A DNA stretch of 63,059 nucleotides, filler included, from Hausera hauseri (Eukaryota): NCBI GenBank assembly GCA_046269625.1. It is 13 parts of 13 records of this genome, joined end to end, with 100 filler letters (N's around TTAATTAATTAA, not from the genome) between each part and the next. Parts side by side here need not be neighbours in the genome. Positions count along the whole stretch, not along the records: positions 22,152 to 27,442 come from JBJURY010289059.1; positions 27,543 to 32,230 come from JBJURY010475021.1; positions 32,331 to 37,892 come from JBJURY010230517.1; positions 37,993 to 42,180 come from JBJURY010712215.1; 9 more parts are not named here. One strand, 5' to 3'. The notes beneath the pieces were generated by a model. It saw only the letters and a program-made list of their open reading frames with translations, was not told the origin of the DNA and made no database searches. Each line of letters begins with the position of its first letter. Position 1 is the first letter of the stretch. Positions 25,346 through 38,119 of this stretch are shown piece after piece. The position numbers and the translations under genes are program-made.

Positions 25346-26754
25346 CATTACAAATACATCAACAAATTCATAAAAATGAAAAATTTAAACAACAGTAAAA
25401 ATGTTACAAATTGTTAATATAGCACTGTTGTTTCTCGATTATGTTTTATATGTTATGAAACTTCGATGAGTGATATTTTGAGGAGAGGATTGAAACACCT
25501 ATGTCCGGAGTGTGATGAGTTTATCACCACAGTATACAAAATATTATTTATTTCACTGTAAGCCGTTGAAGACAGCGTGATTATTTATATCTGGAGAATG
25601 ACAGGTGAGTATGCGCTGTAACTTGAAGGAATGAATCTCGCCCTTTTCGCTAGTATAAGCCTTTAATAATTGAGAACGTCATTATTGTTTTTTAACTTTT
25701 ATTTTATTTTTTTTATTCAAATATTGATCATTACTTGAAGATTTTATTTTACATTTTCAAAGAATGATATAAATAAAATGATATGTTTTATGATGTAAAT
25801 TATATTAAAATATTAGTAATGATACCCACGAGAATTATGATACCACATTATTTCCAAATCTTTCCACGCCACCTTGAAACCGTATCACACGGCCCAAAAG
25901 AGACGTACCCACTAGTTTGAGAACCGCCGTTTAATCTAACCAAGAACATTTCAGGTTCAGAGACACTGTATTATTTATGACCAAGTTTATTAACAGTACT
26001 GTAATCGAGAAGACAAGAAAAACAGCAAACAAACGAAGAACATCCGACAAATTAAAATTGAAAGACGAGAAAGAGTGGGTGGAATTCAAACAAAAAAAAA
26101 GAGAATTGGACTGGATAAAAGGAATCGTGGGTGACAGAAGGGAAAGATGAAAAAAAAAAAAAAACACCTTGTTGACAACGAAAGAAGTTCACATTATCTC
26201 TCGCGAGATTTTAATCCAAATCATCAAACCAGTGGGCGTTGTTCTTAACCACACAGCTAGTTACTAACAAAACGTCTGCCATCCAAAACTGCATGCATGA
26301 TTTTCTCAAATAACTATCATTTTATTCACAAGCTATGTTTGCGCCACTTACCATTTGTTAATCGTTGTCATTTGTGAGCTGTGCGCCCTAAATTTCGTAA
26401 TCTTGCAATGGAAAACCGCTGTCCAAAATAAACAATTGTCTGCCTTGAAAATTCCAAAGTGCCGCATTGATCGTATCATGCAATGGGCTCCGCTGATATG
26501 GCAGTTTCGAGTTACAGAACATTTATAGCGGCTTTAATTGGATCTCCTGAAATTACAAAATTATCCTTTTTTTTAAAAAAAAGTGCACACCTTGATAATG
26601 AATACATTAGGCGCTGACATCGGTGTTCTGATCGATACTGGGACAGAACTGTAAACAAAGCTACCTATTTCCATGACCCGGAATTGGTATGTGACACGCT
26701 GACTAATGCTGAAACTAGGGCGTATTCAAGAGTTCGGTTATAATAATATAAATG

Positions 26755-26812
26755 AGAAGAAGAAGAAGAAGGAGAAGGGGAACAACAACAACAACAACAG
26801 TAGCAACAACAC
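26755..26812. repeat. Compound (AAG)n/(AAC)n microsatellite
   Basis: Seen directly. Confidence 0.85.
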
Positions 26813-28639
26813 ACTGGACAAATTAAATAAAAAACAAAGCAGAAACAAAATTGACCACAATTGGCATCGAACCAGTAAAACTGAAACGACGCAATCGAAT
26901 TTTGATGATAACAAGCCTGCGGTTCATCAACAACATTAACCATGCTTGCTTACGTAGACAGGTTTTTATATTTACCCAGTATTTTCCCACACGTCATAGC
27001 TGCAATTTTATGACTCATGCACTTCCCTATTTAACATATGTGTTAATGTTTTGTGGCTTTTGTAAGCAGTGAGAGTTCTAGCTGCCTCTCACAATTACGC
27101 GTGAGCGTCATCACTATTTAGCTGAAAACCCTGTAATATTATTCCTTCTCACTGTAAATTAGGGACTATGAAAATTACAGGCTGGAGGGCCGGCTCAGAG
27201 ATTTATGAACTTTAAGTGCTGATATTGATGGAAGGGTAATGTTAGAGCTCAGCCCTGAGTGTAAATAGCATCTAAGGTGATTACACTTTTATCACACGAG
27301 GGGAACAGGGAGGTAAGGTACGGTGTGAGACGTAAAACTGGGGGCTATATTTTGGAAAACAGGCACTGTTTTAGTCTGTTGTATGGAGCCCTGTGAGTGC
27401 CAGGTGGAGAAATGAAAGAGGCTGGAGAAATCTGTTTCCTGGNNNNNNNNNNNNNNNNNNNNNNNNNNNNNNNNNNNNNNNNNNNNTTAATTAATTAANN
27501 NNNNNNNNNNNNNNNNNNNNNNNNNNNNNNNNNNNNNNNNNNTATATGTATGCGATTTACAAAAAGCACATGATAGGAAAACAATGGATTCACGATAACG
27601 AACACTGCAAGACGTAATGCTAAATAACATTATAGAGATTATTGTAGACAAGGCGCAACACAAATAAAGACGAACAGCAAAACATGATTCAAAAAACAAT
27701 GTCAAAGTGATTGTAGAAGACCTAGAGACAGTTACATACCTCAAAGACTGCCAACAATACAACGAAATCAGCAATTTCATGACCACAACAAACTAATCAA
27801 TACATGAACATCATAACATGCTGAAATAAATGATGACACTGTTATGCCTTTATACTCTTTCGTGTGCTTGAATCCGCTCTTTTCTTTTCATGACACTTAG
27901 TATTGAAAATCCGACTCATATAAGCATGTTGAGGAAGAAGGCATAACAATGTTCTCTTCTACTTTGACCACCTGTATTTTTCCAAAGGTGCACGAACATT
28001 CTTTCTTAGCCTTAGCAACAAGAATGACCAGCTGAAATCGTCCGATGAATCGAATTTAACATTTGAGGGATCTGAGTTTGCAGGCAACAAATACATTTGG
28101 TTTATTATTTGAACCTTTATGGTTAGTGTTCAAATGTCGTTTCATGCACACAGCTGTCATGGCATCGTTGCTGAGAACAAGGTGTCAAACAACACATTGC
28201 AGCTGTTTTTCCCCATCAATTTCAACTGCTGTGAAGCCATATTTGAACTTGTCATCCCACTACACTTTTTAAAACCCAGGTATCGTTATCAATAAAACTG
28301 AAACCAATAGTTTTTAAACTAACGCGTGGATTTCCACATTAAAGTCTATTACTGTAAAGCGTAGCACCTTGATGATGTACTGTGTGAGTATCGACCGCAA
28401 CGGTGACAATCCTAAGAGCCTGTGACATTACCAAAAAAAAAGCGTAACATTATTATTTCGGCAGGAGTGTATTTACATTTTTATTTTAATAAACAATATT
28501 CAGGTAGTTAATTATTACACCACAAAGTATTCTTACGCCCATCCTACACGTGTCAACACACATACATCTCCATCCTGCCTTAATTCCTTACCCATTCTTA
28601 TTAGGATAGTTTTATTTTCTCAAAGGGTCGGCATATCCG

Positions 28640-28890
28640 CGCATGAATGTACTTCTTGTAGGTGCATAATTGCTCCGTTCTTCTCCAATCTGGAGGATTT
28701 CAGCTCAGTGCACAAACCCCATGCACCGACGCTGACCGATGACCTTATAAGTGTGAGAAGATTTTTCCTACAATTAATCCCGGTATCTGCCACGAGACCT
28801 AGTCTGTTTCGATTTCTAGCTGCAGACAAATGTTTAACATGCACATACATGTACACTGACGTCCGATCTTATTACCCAGACTGTATTTTA
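28640..28890 (-). mobile_element. Diverged copy of the SINE-like repeat at 23725-24085
   Basis: Collinear TCTGGAGGATTT.CA.CTCAGTGCAC, TTCGATTT....CTGC and TGTACAC.GACGTCCG.TCT.A.TACCCAGA. Confidence 0.6.
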
Positions 28891-29629
28891 TAGATTTCAT
28901 AAGCACTTGTCTCTTGTAGGTCGTTTTTGTGAACTCGTTGTTTTCCAATCTACTGCTTCGTGTACATGGCTTACAGATGTTCTCAGCTGAGTTGTCACGA
29001 CAGACATATTCAAGTTACAAGCACACAACCTAAATAACACTATTTTGCAATATTGGACACCATGATTTCTTTCTGAACAACACTAACTCAATTTACTGGC
29101 TCACAAATTAAACCATTGTACTAACTGTTACAGTAACTCGTTGATTGTAAGTTCAACGACTATCTGCGTCAACAAACCAGACCACAGTCTTTCCGGGTAA
29201 AGTGATAATATCTGTGACGTAACCCCTGGCAGAGCAAATCCTCCATCATATGTAGCAGATGTTGGGCCCACCGGCGCGGGATACGTCTCGATCCGCATTG
29301 AGTCTTGCCTGGTTAAGAAAAAGGAGGAGGCTACTCTACAAACCTCCGACTCGTGCAGGAAGTGACTCCATAACTTCCTAGGGGAAGGCAAACCGGAAAA
29401 TTGCCTTATCGTAATCGGATGTACTGGGCTACATGCTTAACGAAACAATGCAACATCGTTCGCTTTATATTGTCACAACTTAGAAGAAAGAATGGTGCTC
29501 ATCACGTGGATTATCACCGGGCGAGAAAAGAGCCGGACCTCCCGTATGAAAGGGTCCACACCATGTTATTGGTGGTTACTTATCTATGTGCTTTGGAGCC
29601 AAGGTACAACAAGACAAACCAAGAACACT

Positions 29630-30370
29630 AAATAGTCTACAGTCGAATGCTGAAGGAGCACAAAATAAAAAATTCCGCGTAACAAATCGTCTCCATGAAG
29701 AACAGATTGATGTTGCGTGCATACAGGAAACCACCTAACCAGTAACAACAGATTCACATTAAGAGTTTACAAACATACCGATTAGACCGAGAAGGACACA
29801 AAGGTGGAGTGCTAAATCATCATTACGCATGGTAATACTTATAAGAAAAAGAATACCATGTAGTGCAATAACTGTATGCACCAACAATCAGGCAGAAATT
29901 ATAGGGGTCGACAATGTAGTAAAGGACAAAACATCTGAATATATAACCTAAAAGACCTGTCGCTGGCAAGCATGAATATCAAAAGAAGCAATTGTATCGT
30001 CACTGGTGATTTAAACAGTCACTCATAAAGATGGGGGTACTCCGAGACTGACAAATGAAGAGAGCACTTAGAATACTGGGAAATAGATAGAAATCTCTTT
30101 CTGATAAACACAGCGGATGACAAACACAGCTTACTATTCCAGAGGATGGCACATCACTTCGACTCCCGATCTATCTTTCTAAAAGAGGAACATCATGAAC
30201 ACAACTGACCGACAGCTATTCGAATAGCTAGCAACAAGCGACCACAGACAAGTGATGTTGGCGCTGAACATGGAACACGTGCTGCAGGAACAAAAGCCAC
30301 TGTCCAGATGGAATTACAAGCGAGCAGACTGGGATAAACATGCAATGCTCACTGACGCTGTGATGCCATA
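29630..30370 (+). mobile_element. Degenerate non-LTR retrotransposon APE endonuclease (I/Jockey group)
   Basis: Motifs across frames: NAEG, IDVACIQET, YRLDR...GGV, VTGDLNSHS..WGY, TPDLSF, RWNYKRADW. Confidence 0.8.
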
Positions 30371-32612
30371 AATTTAAAACGCTACAATGATACTTATTAA
30401 TGACATCTATTACAGTGACACTGTACGACAATGACGTTTAGTAATTATATATTGCAACTTCGAGAATAAAATACATAGTAAGTTTTAATTGTATTTTTAG
30501 ATTTAAAATGCAGTCTGAATAGCCTCAGTCAATGAGAAGGGAAAGAAATGTTTACTTTCATCTAGATATATTATTATCTTTCTTACATTAGATGAATCAC
30601 GTGGACGGTTAGAGAAAACCAAATATTGATAAAATACTGTTAATTATGTAAATACCATAGACATACTATATGTGACGTGAGCTCCGCAAATTCTGTTCCA
30701 TGATGCACGATACATGTTAATCTTCATTGCACATAATTAATAGAAATAATAATCACTTTTATTCTGAAAAGAACCAGTGGCGAGTTTTACATTTTAGATT
30801 AGTATCTTCTGTTAGCCTTTTCAGAAGAAATGTTGTTGAATTTTAACCTGTAAATATACATTACGTTTACACTTTTATTTACGAACCTTAGTATAAAAAT
30901 GCTTGATATTTTTTTTAGGGTTTGCATTTGTGGTTACTCTTATCTGAAGAATCTACTATTACTACTGGGACTGTGAGACTTGAGATCGCTTCTCGATCTC
31001 GTCAGGGACAGGAACCGACATACTGGGCAAGATCTTCCAACACCTCCTCGTGGTACATCCTGGAAACGGAAGCAATTCTGGCCAATGATGGAAAGATCGC
31101 CCACAATCCCCAAGTTGAGAAGTGGATCACTACTAGGAGGCAAAGCATCGCTCTAAAGCCTGGAGGACCCCTACCTTTATACTGTCCTTAGTTGACCTTC
31201 TATCTCAGAAGGGCGTGAGTAAAAGACAGCATAACCACTACCATGCATAATCTTCATACCATTCTTAGCCAAAGTGCTACGATCTTCCATGCGAATGAAA
31301 TAATCAGTATCACCTCTTTACGTGCAGTCTCTAACGTGTACAAAATATTATTTAAAATATTTTAAAGAAAGTAATGTCCATTTACGCTAAAAGGCAGAAG
31401 TATTGGTGAATGTGGAGTTAATGTCCACAATTTTATGCGAACCATAGTGAGTCAATTAAATAAGAGAAAATAAGAAAAAAAATAAGAGACATTTTCAGAG
31501 TTGTTCGATTTACGCCTAAGAGCATTTAAAGAAGCCAGTGTCTACGTTTGGTATTGATTAATGGCACAAAACGGTGTTATGTCGTTAGCATAACACCAGA
31601 CTTTCTTTGAACAAACTGTGAATTTGTTTGCATGTTAATAGTTTTGTTTTCCCTCCACTAACGGCCGCTATCCAGGACAAAATTCTAGGACGAATCTACC
31701 CCCAGGGCAGAAATGTAAACAGGCAATACTGCCTATTTCTAAACCCTGGTTAAATAAAGATCTTCTCTTATATTATCTCATCTTATCCTATTATAGTCCC
31801 CTTGACCATTTTAAAATATGTATGAATCATCATCTATAAAGCAGGAAATTTTGTCCAGCTCTCGACTTTACATAAGGAACACATGTCAGTTGTTCATTTA
31901 TCATTATACAACATATTATTACTGTTCGATTTTGTGAAGGTTAACCAGATAATGCCAATATGCCTGTATTAACTGTAATTATGTTACAATTGTAATCTTG
32001 CAACGAGTTTTAGATCATGTTAGCTATTGAAACGTTAGTTTGATAAGACAATTGTTAATTTTTACAGTATATATTTAGAAAGGTAAGTTGGAATTATTTT
32101 TCCTTGTTTCATTTTTATTGGTAATATGCAATCTGCCATTTGAAAATATTCGTAAAAATATAACAAACACAACAAATAAGAAGGTGGTTTTCATGACTGA
32201 CGATACAGATTGCAGGTCATTAGTTTTATANNNNNNNNNNNNNNNNNNNNNNNNNNNNNNNNNNNNNNNNNNNNTTAATTAATTAANNNNNNNNNNNNNN
32301 NNNNNNNNNNNNNNNNNNNNNNNNNNNNNNACTGACGAGAAAAAGGTAACCAGTATTTTAGACGTTTTCTTGAGATTATCAGAATCTAATATTCTTGGCT
32401 CGAAACCAGGTGACGAGAAATCAAACGGCCAAAGAAATACCCTTTATATTGGAATTAACGCCAAGAAATATCATTCAAAAGTAACGCTAGCAATAAGCAA
32501 AAATTCGAATTTTAAAATCCCGACACTAACGGGCAGGAATTGTTCGATTCCGACTTCGATGGTTAGTTTCTCGGTTGGATGGACCGGGCACCACTTTGCC
32601 GGGAGCCTGGCG

Positions 32613-33956
32613 ATGCCTCCACCCTACGTGCCACAATATTCCCCTGGCGTTTTGGACAATTTCATCCAACTCGTTTTCTTTTTTCAAAATCAGCAGATAC
32701 ACAAATGTCATGAAAGTTATACAGCCACGGTCGAAAACTTGTCTGATATGTTGGCACACCATACCAAATTTACCAATTTCCGCCTCTCTTATAATGGTAT
32801 CATTCTCCAGCCATTCGAAATCCTTGCACCGTATATTTCTAGATCGTCCACTCTTCCTCTAACTATCCATATTCGTCTGCTCGGCGGGTCTGACCCGAAA
32901 GCCTCGCCTAAAGACCAACAAGTTTTCGCCGACGTTCCCACTATTAGCGTATCTATAAATTCCGATCCACCACCGTCATCTACCCTCAACTTACCTTGCG
33001 TATAATACTTTGCTGACAAACAACATTCCAGACGAACATGGCTGGAATTTCATGCTTTATGGCTAAAATCCAACAACATCACTGACACTTTTCTTAAGGC
33101 AAATAGCCTTCTTATTCTCCTGCCACCACACATAAAATCGCAGCTTTCCAACTTGTCAGAAGTCTTTCAAAGCAGCGTTCCATACAATTCTCTCTTCAAT
33201 TCAGTCTTAAAAATCACGGAGCCGTCTTTGGATAATATCATCCACAAGTATTTTAATGATAACACTAGGAAATTTAAAACCTTCCGAGTTTCTTCAGACC
33301 GCATTAACTCAGTTGAGCACTTTGGGTGTCAACCAGACAAATAACGCTGATTTACTACGCAGATACTTTCTGCAGTCTCTACCAAGAGACATTCGTGCAC
33401 TCCTCACAATAGTCGAGGATTCAGAGACACTACAAAAGCTGGCACAATTAGCTGATAAAAGTCACGAAATACTACATTCACAATCACCACCATTAGTTGC
33501 CGCTATGCTACAAATGGCAACGACACAACAGATTAACGAAATATCAACTCTGAACAAACAAATAAATTCTTTACGTACCGAAAACGCCAATATATATATT
33601 AGACAATCCCATTACTCACGTCAAAAACAGATGCCCTGACCATGCCGAGGCAGAATCGTTTTGATGCTTGCCATAGCCGCACTTCGTCTCAAAATTTGAG
33701 ACCTGCGAGGTCGCCTGCGCGACCGATGGTGTGTTACTATTACACCAAATTCAAAAGAAATACTAATAAATGCTGCTTAGGATGTAGGATTTATGAGCCT
33801 AGTTTCAGACGACCTGACATCGTCTGTACATACCACAATAAATTTAACACCAAAGCGCACAACTGCATTGCGGGTTGCACCTTCATCGGCCATTTCAATT
33901 CCTCACAGCCTACTCCTTCCAACAATTTAAATCCTGTAGCTTCAAAAAACGGTTAA
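32613..33956 (+). pseudogene. Gypsy (CsRN1-type) gag with an N-terminal ubiquitin-like domain and two CHCC-type knuckles
   Basis: UBL at 32661-32888 ends IRLLGG. One in-frame TAA (33003-33005) is followed by the gag core in the same frame, then LKPSEFL...LLRRYFLQSLP...LAQLADK after a frameshift. Knuckles CYYY...C...C and CTYH...C...C. Confidence 0.85.
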
Positions 33957-33959
33957 AGC

Positions 33960-36900
33960 CGCCAGATGTTTCGGCGCATGATGGCACAGGTAAATATCTC
34001 CACCGTAACAGCCGTACTAATTCCGTATTTACTCTAAACGCCTTAATAACAACTAAGCCCACTCAATCGATTAATTTTTAATCCACTCTGGAGCAGCAGT
34101 GTCTCTTCTGCCCCTGTCTACCAAAATTAAAACTCTTTCCCCGTCAGCCAAAAAATTATATACAGCTAATGGCCAAGCATTACGTGTGTCCGGCACGTCC
34201 AAAATCTCGTTCATGTTACAGACTTTTCCTGACGTTTTCACCTGGACATTCAACGTAGCCGACACACAGTCACCAATACTTGACTCCGATTTTTTATCTT
34301 TCTACAACCTCCTAGTAGACTGTAGACACAGTAGATTAGTTAAAAACAATCAAGTAGATGCAACTTATACAGATAACTCTCCATTGGTTGCGCATCCTAC
34401 CTCGTTTGTCATGCCTGTACTAAAAACGTCATTACCTAATTTAAATGCAAATATAAATTTTAACAATACTAATTTTGATAATTTTATATTCCCATCAAAT
34501 GGTAACAAAGTAGAAAACGTTGACAAAGACGATTTAGACAGTTCAATATCCACCATATCCAGTCCTGCCATTCATCAACCATCTAATTTACTAACAACGC
34601 CACTTGCCTCATTAAGTCAAGAAATCCAGCAATACATAACTAAGTCCTGCTTCCACACGATCACAAAAGACCCAACTTTTAGACCAACTAGCTCGACATT
34701 CCATCACATCATCACCAAGAATCCTTGGCCCATCAGGCAAAAACTCAGGCCACTATCACCACGCCGTCGACAAGCAGTCCAATCTGAATTTACGTTACTT
34801 GAACAAGCAAGAATAATCCACCGATCGAAGTCACCTTGGGCTTCACCACTTCACGTGGTACCAAAAAAAGATGGTACATTCCGACCATGCGGCGATTATA
34901 GTCAACTTAGTAATGTCACCATCATGGATGCTTACCTTTTACAGTTGATAAAGGACATCTTACATTCCTTGCATAAAACTACAATTTACTCCACTATAGA
35001 TCTAGAAAAAGCCTACCACCAAATACCTGTAGCGCCTAAAGACATTCAAAAAACGGCGATAATAACACCATTTGGCCTCTTAAAATACGCCTTCATGCCG
35101 TTTGGCTTACAGAACGCAGCCCAAACTTTTCAACGGCATATCGATTCTATTCTTTCAGGTCTACCATTCGCTTACCAATATATCGACGATATATTGGTAG
35201 CATCATCTTCACCTAAGCAACACGCTGAACATCTTAATCTCGTTTTTCAACGCCTGCATAACAACAACTTACAGGCTAACTTCGCAAAGTGCACATTATT
35301 TCAAAAAAAAGTCAACTTCCTAGGGCACATCATCACGCCTGACGGTCACAGTCCAGAGCCTGATAGGATTCACCAGTTACAAAATGTCGAACTGCCAAAA
35401 AATACAACTGAGATGCGCAGCTTCCTCGGGACTTTGCATTTTGTTCATAAGTACGTCTCGCACTGCAGCCAGTTAACCGCTCCTTTCGCTCAACTAGGAG
35501 CAGGGCCAAAGAAGAAACCTCTATATTGGACGCCAGAACTTCTAAACCAGTTTGATGAGCTTCGCAATAATCTTAAAACCGTTGAAATCTTGGCTTATCC
35601 AAAACCGGATGCCGATCTCATCCTGACAACCGACTCATCAGCCACAGCCGTCGGAGCGGTTCTCCATCAAATATCTCAAGGAATAAACGAACCACTAGAA
35701 TTCTTTTCACGTAAGCTCCAGCCACAAGAATGCCGTTATTCCACCTTCGATATAGAACTCCTGGCCAGCGTTTTAGATCTTAAACATTTTTTACATTTAC
35801 TTATCGCCCGGTCTTTTACCATCCAAACAGACCACAAGCCCCTCGTTCACGTAATAAACATAAAGCATCCCATACTTCGACAAGAACGTAATATTTCGTA
35901 CTTGTCAACGTTCAATTTTAAAATCTTCCATACTTCTGGCACAGATAATTTAATAGCGGATTTTTTGTCACGATCGGTTAGTCCAATTAGCGTCATGCCT
36001 ATTTTTTCTAAACAACAATTGGTTCAGAATCCGCCTTCTACTGAAATACTTAAACAATATAAATCTGTCCAAATCATTGATGGTGTAGCCATGGACACGG
36101 TGATATCTGGGCACCATCTGCCAATTTTGGCACATTCTTTTCAACAAACAGCATTGAACCATATTTATTCCCTGCATCACCCAAGTCGGAAGGCTGCATT
36201 CCGCCTACTCAAACGTCACGTCACATGGCCATTAATGAGATCCGCCATACAGGGTTGGGTTAGGCAATGTGTGGCTTGCCAAAAATTCAAAGTAGCTAAG
36301 CATCTTAAGCCACCATTATTCTATTTCTAGTGTACGTCCTGTTTCGAATTAGTTCACCTAGATATTGTTGACCCATTACTTTCTGATAATGGCCACCAGT
36401 TCATCTTAACAGTGATGTACCGCGCATCTCGTTGGCCCGAGACTGTTCCCTTGCGCTCCATCAACACTGACTCCATCGCCAATGTTTTCATAAGGGTTTG
36501 AATTAGTCGGTCCAGTTTACCACTTTATATTATTACAGATCAAGGCCCACAGTTTGAATCGAACCTATTCAAATCCTTAGTTAATCGACTGGACATAAAC
36601 CATATTCATAGTACTCCATACCATTCCCAGTCGAACGGCTTATTGAAGCGATTTCACCGAACTCTTAAAATCTCCCTAAAAATTCTAGCCGAAACACATA
36701 CGAACTGGATTAGCATCCTTCCATTCGTATTACTCGGGTGGCGCAACACACCATCTACCACCACCGGTTGCGCACCCGCTGAAGCACTTTTCGGCACCAC
36801 AATTCGTGAACTTTTTAAACTGACCGATTTAGACAACACGCCGACTGATGAAACCATTAGGTCCGCACAAGATCATTTCGTCCGACTAAGTCGAGACTCT

Positions 36901-37264
36901 TTCTGTAAAATAATACACAATGACAAAACATATTTACTGACTCTTTATTTAATCAAAGTTCGTATGGTTAAAAAATCCGTCACCATCTCTATGTCAACCG
37001 CACTATTTAGGACCGTTTAAAATTTTCAACATTACTTCACACACAATTTCAATACTCAAAAACGGCAAAGAACAAAACTTGCACATAACGAACGTAAAAC
37101 CTGCGTTCTCCATTAATGACACACCAGGTTCCTCGGTTGAGTCTGCCTCAACCTTTCTTGACTCCTTCAATTCTTCTCGCAATTTGCCTACACTTCAATC
37201 TGCTACTATAAAATCCGCACCAACTCATAAAGAGATGCTAAATAATATACCGACCAGTTTTTAA
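33960..37264 (+). pseudogene. Gypsy pol (protease, RT, RNase H, integrase), 3' part disrupted
   Basis: Protease (FLI.SGAAVS, frameshifted; TANG). SPWASPL, RPCGDY, IDLEKAYHQ, MPFGL.NAAQTFQR, YIDD. TTDSS, TDHKPL, ADFLSR. H..HH/CVAC, TDQG, RFHRTLK. Confidence 0.95.
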
Positions 37265-37487
37265 CTTGCCCACATGCCTAATAAAGACATAACTTTACCC
37301 CAACCATTTCAACAAGCAGTTAAACAGCACGTCAAACAAAGCAAGACAGTTACCTTCAGTAAATATACCATGGAACAAAATATCGACAAGGTTCAATGTC
37401 GGGTTCGTACAAAAACTGAGTAGATCACGGACACTTTTTTTTCCTTTTTATTTTGCTTTTTGCCGTACGTAATGTCATCTTTGCCAC

Positions 37488-37892
37488 GGGGGGTAATGTG
37501 GCGCCGCGGCTGTAGACGTCACCACAATCCTGGAGATTTATCTGTCACCCAATACCGGTAGATGGGAATGCTCCCCATCGTGGTCCTCTTTGGTCAGTCC
37601 TTAGCCCGTCTAGCTGCCGTTCAGCCAGTGATTTTGTTCCTTCCTTAAACCGACATTTTCTGCAAATGTCAACACACTTCAGTTTACACCGAGAGTACAA
37701 AGCCTTTGTGAAATGAAAGCCCAATCACGAATTAAATTGAATTTTCTGACGAAATTATCCCAGTTTATACGATTGTAAGGATCCGACAAATTGAAAGTAC
37801 CAAATATCAACGGACGACATCTAGATCCGTACAAATTACACAAATTAGTTCGTAAAAATGCCGGCTATGATCATGTGACCGTTAACAAACTC
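37488..37892 (+). mobile_element. Polypurine tract and probable start of the 3' LTR (TG at 37497); LTR end not determinable
   Basis: CTTTGCCAC-GGGGGG-TAA-TGTGGCGCC; the same motif occurs at ~20793-20820 and ~40658-40685. Confidence 0.65.
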
Positions 37893-38119
37893 NNNNNNNN
37901 NNNNNNNNNNNNNNNNNNNNNNNNNNNNNNNNNNNNTTAATTAATTAANNNNNNNNNNNNNNNNNNNNNNNNNNNNNNNNNNNNNNNNNNNNGGTTCAGT
38001 ATTATATACGCCGTAAATGTGAGGTAGTGTGCCAAATAAATTATGAAAACTTTTACTATGTCCATAAACAGCACCTAATTCCCTTCATCAAGTCGAAAAA
38101 ACAAATATTCAGTACCAAT

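Noticed and set aside
32370-32612. 5' extension of the 211-aa ORF and a primer-binding site
   Set aside because: The ORF starts at TTG and is probably leader sequence. No convincing 5' LTR or tRNA-complementary PBS could be identified by eye.
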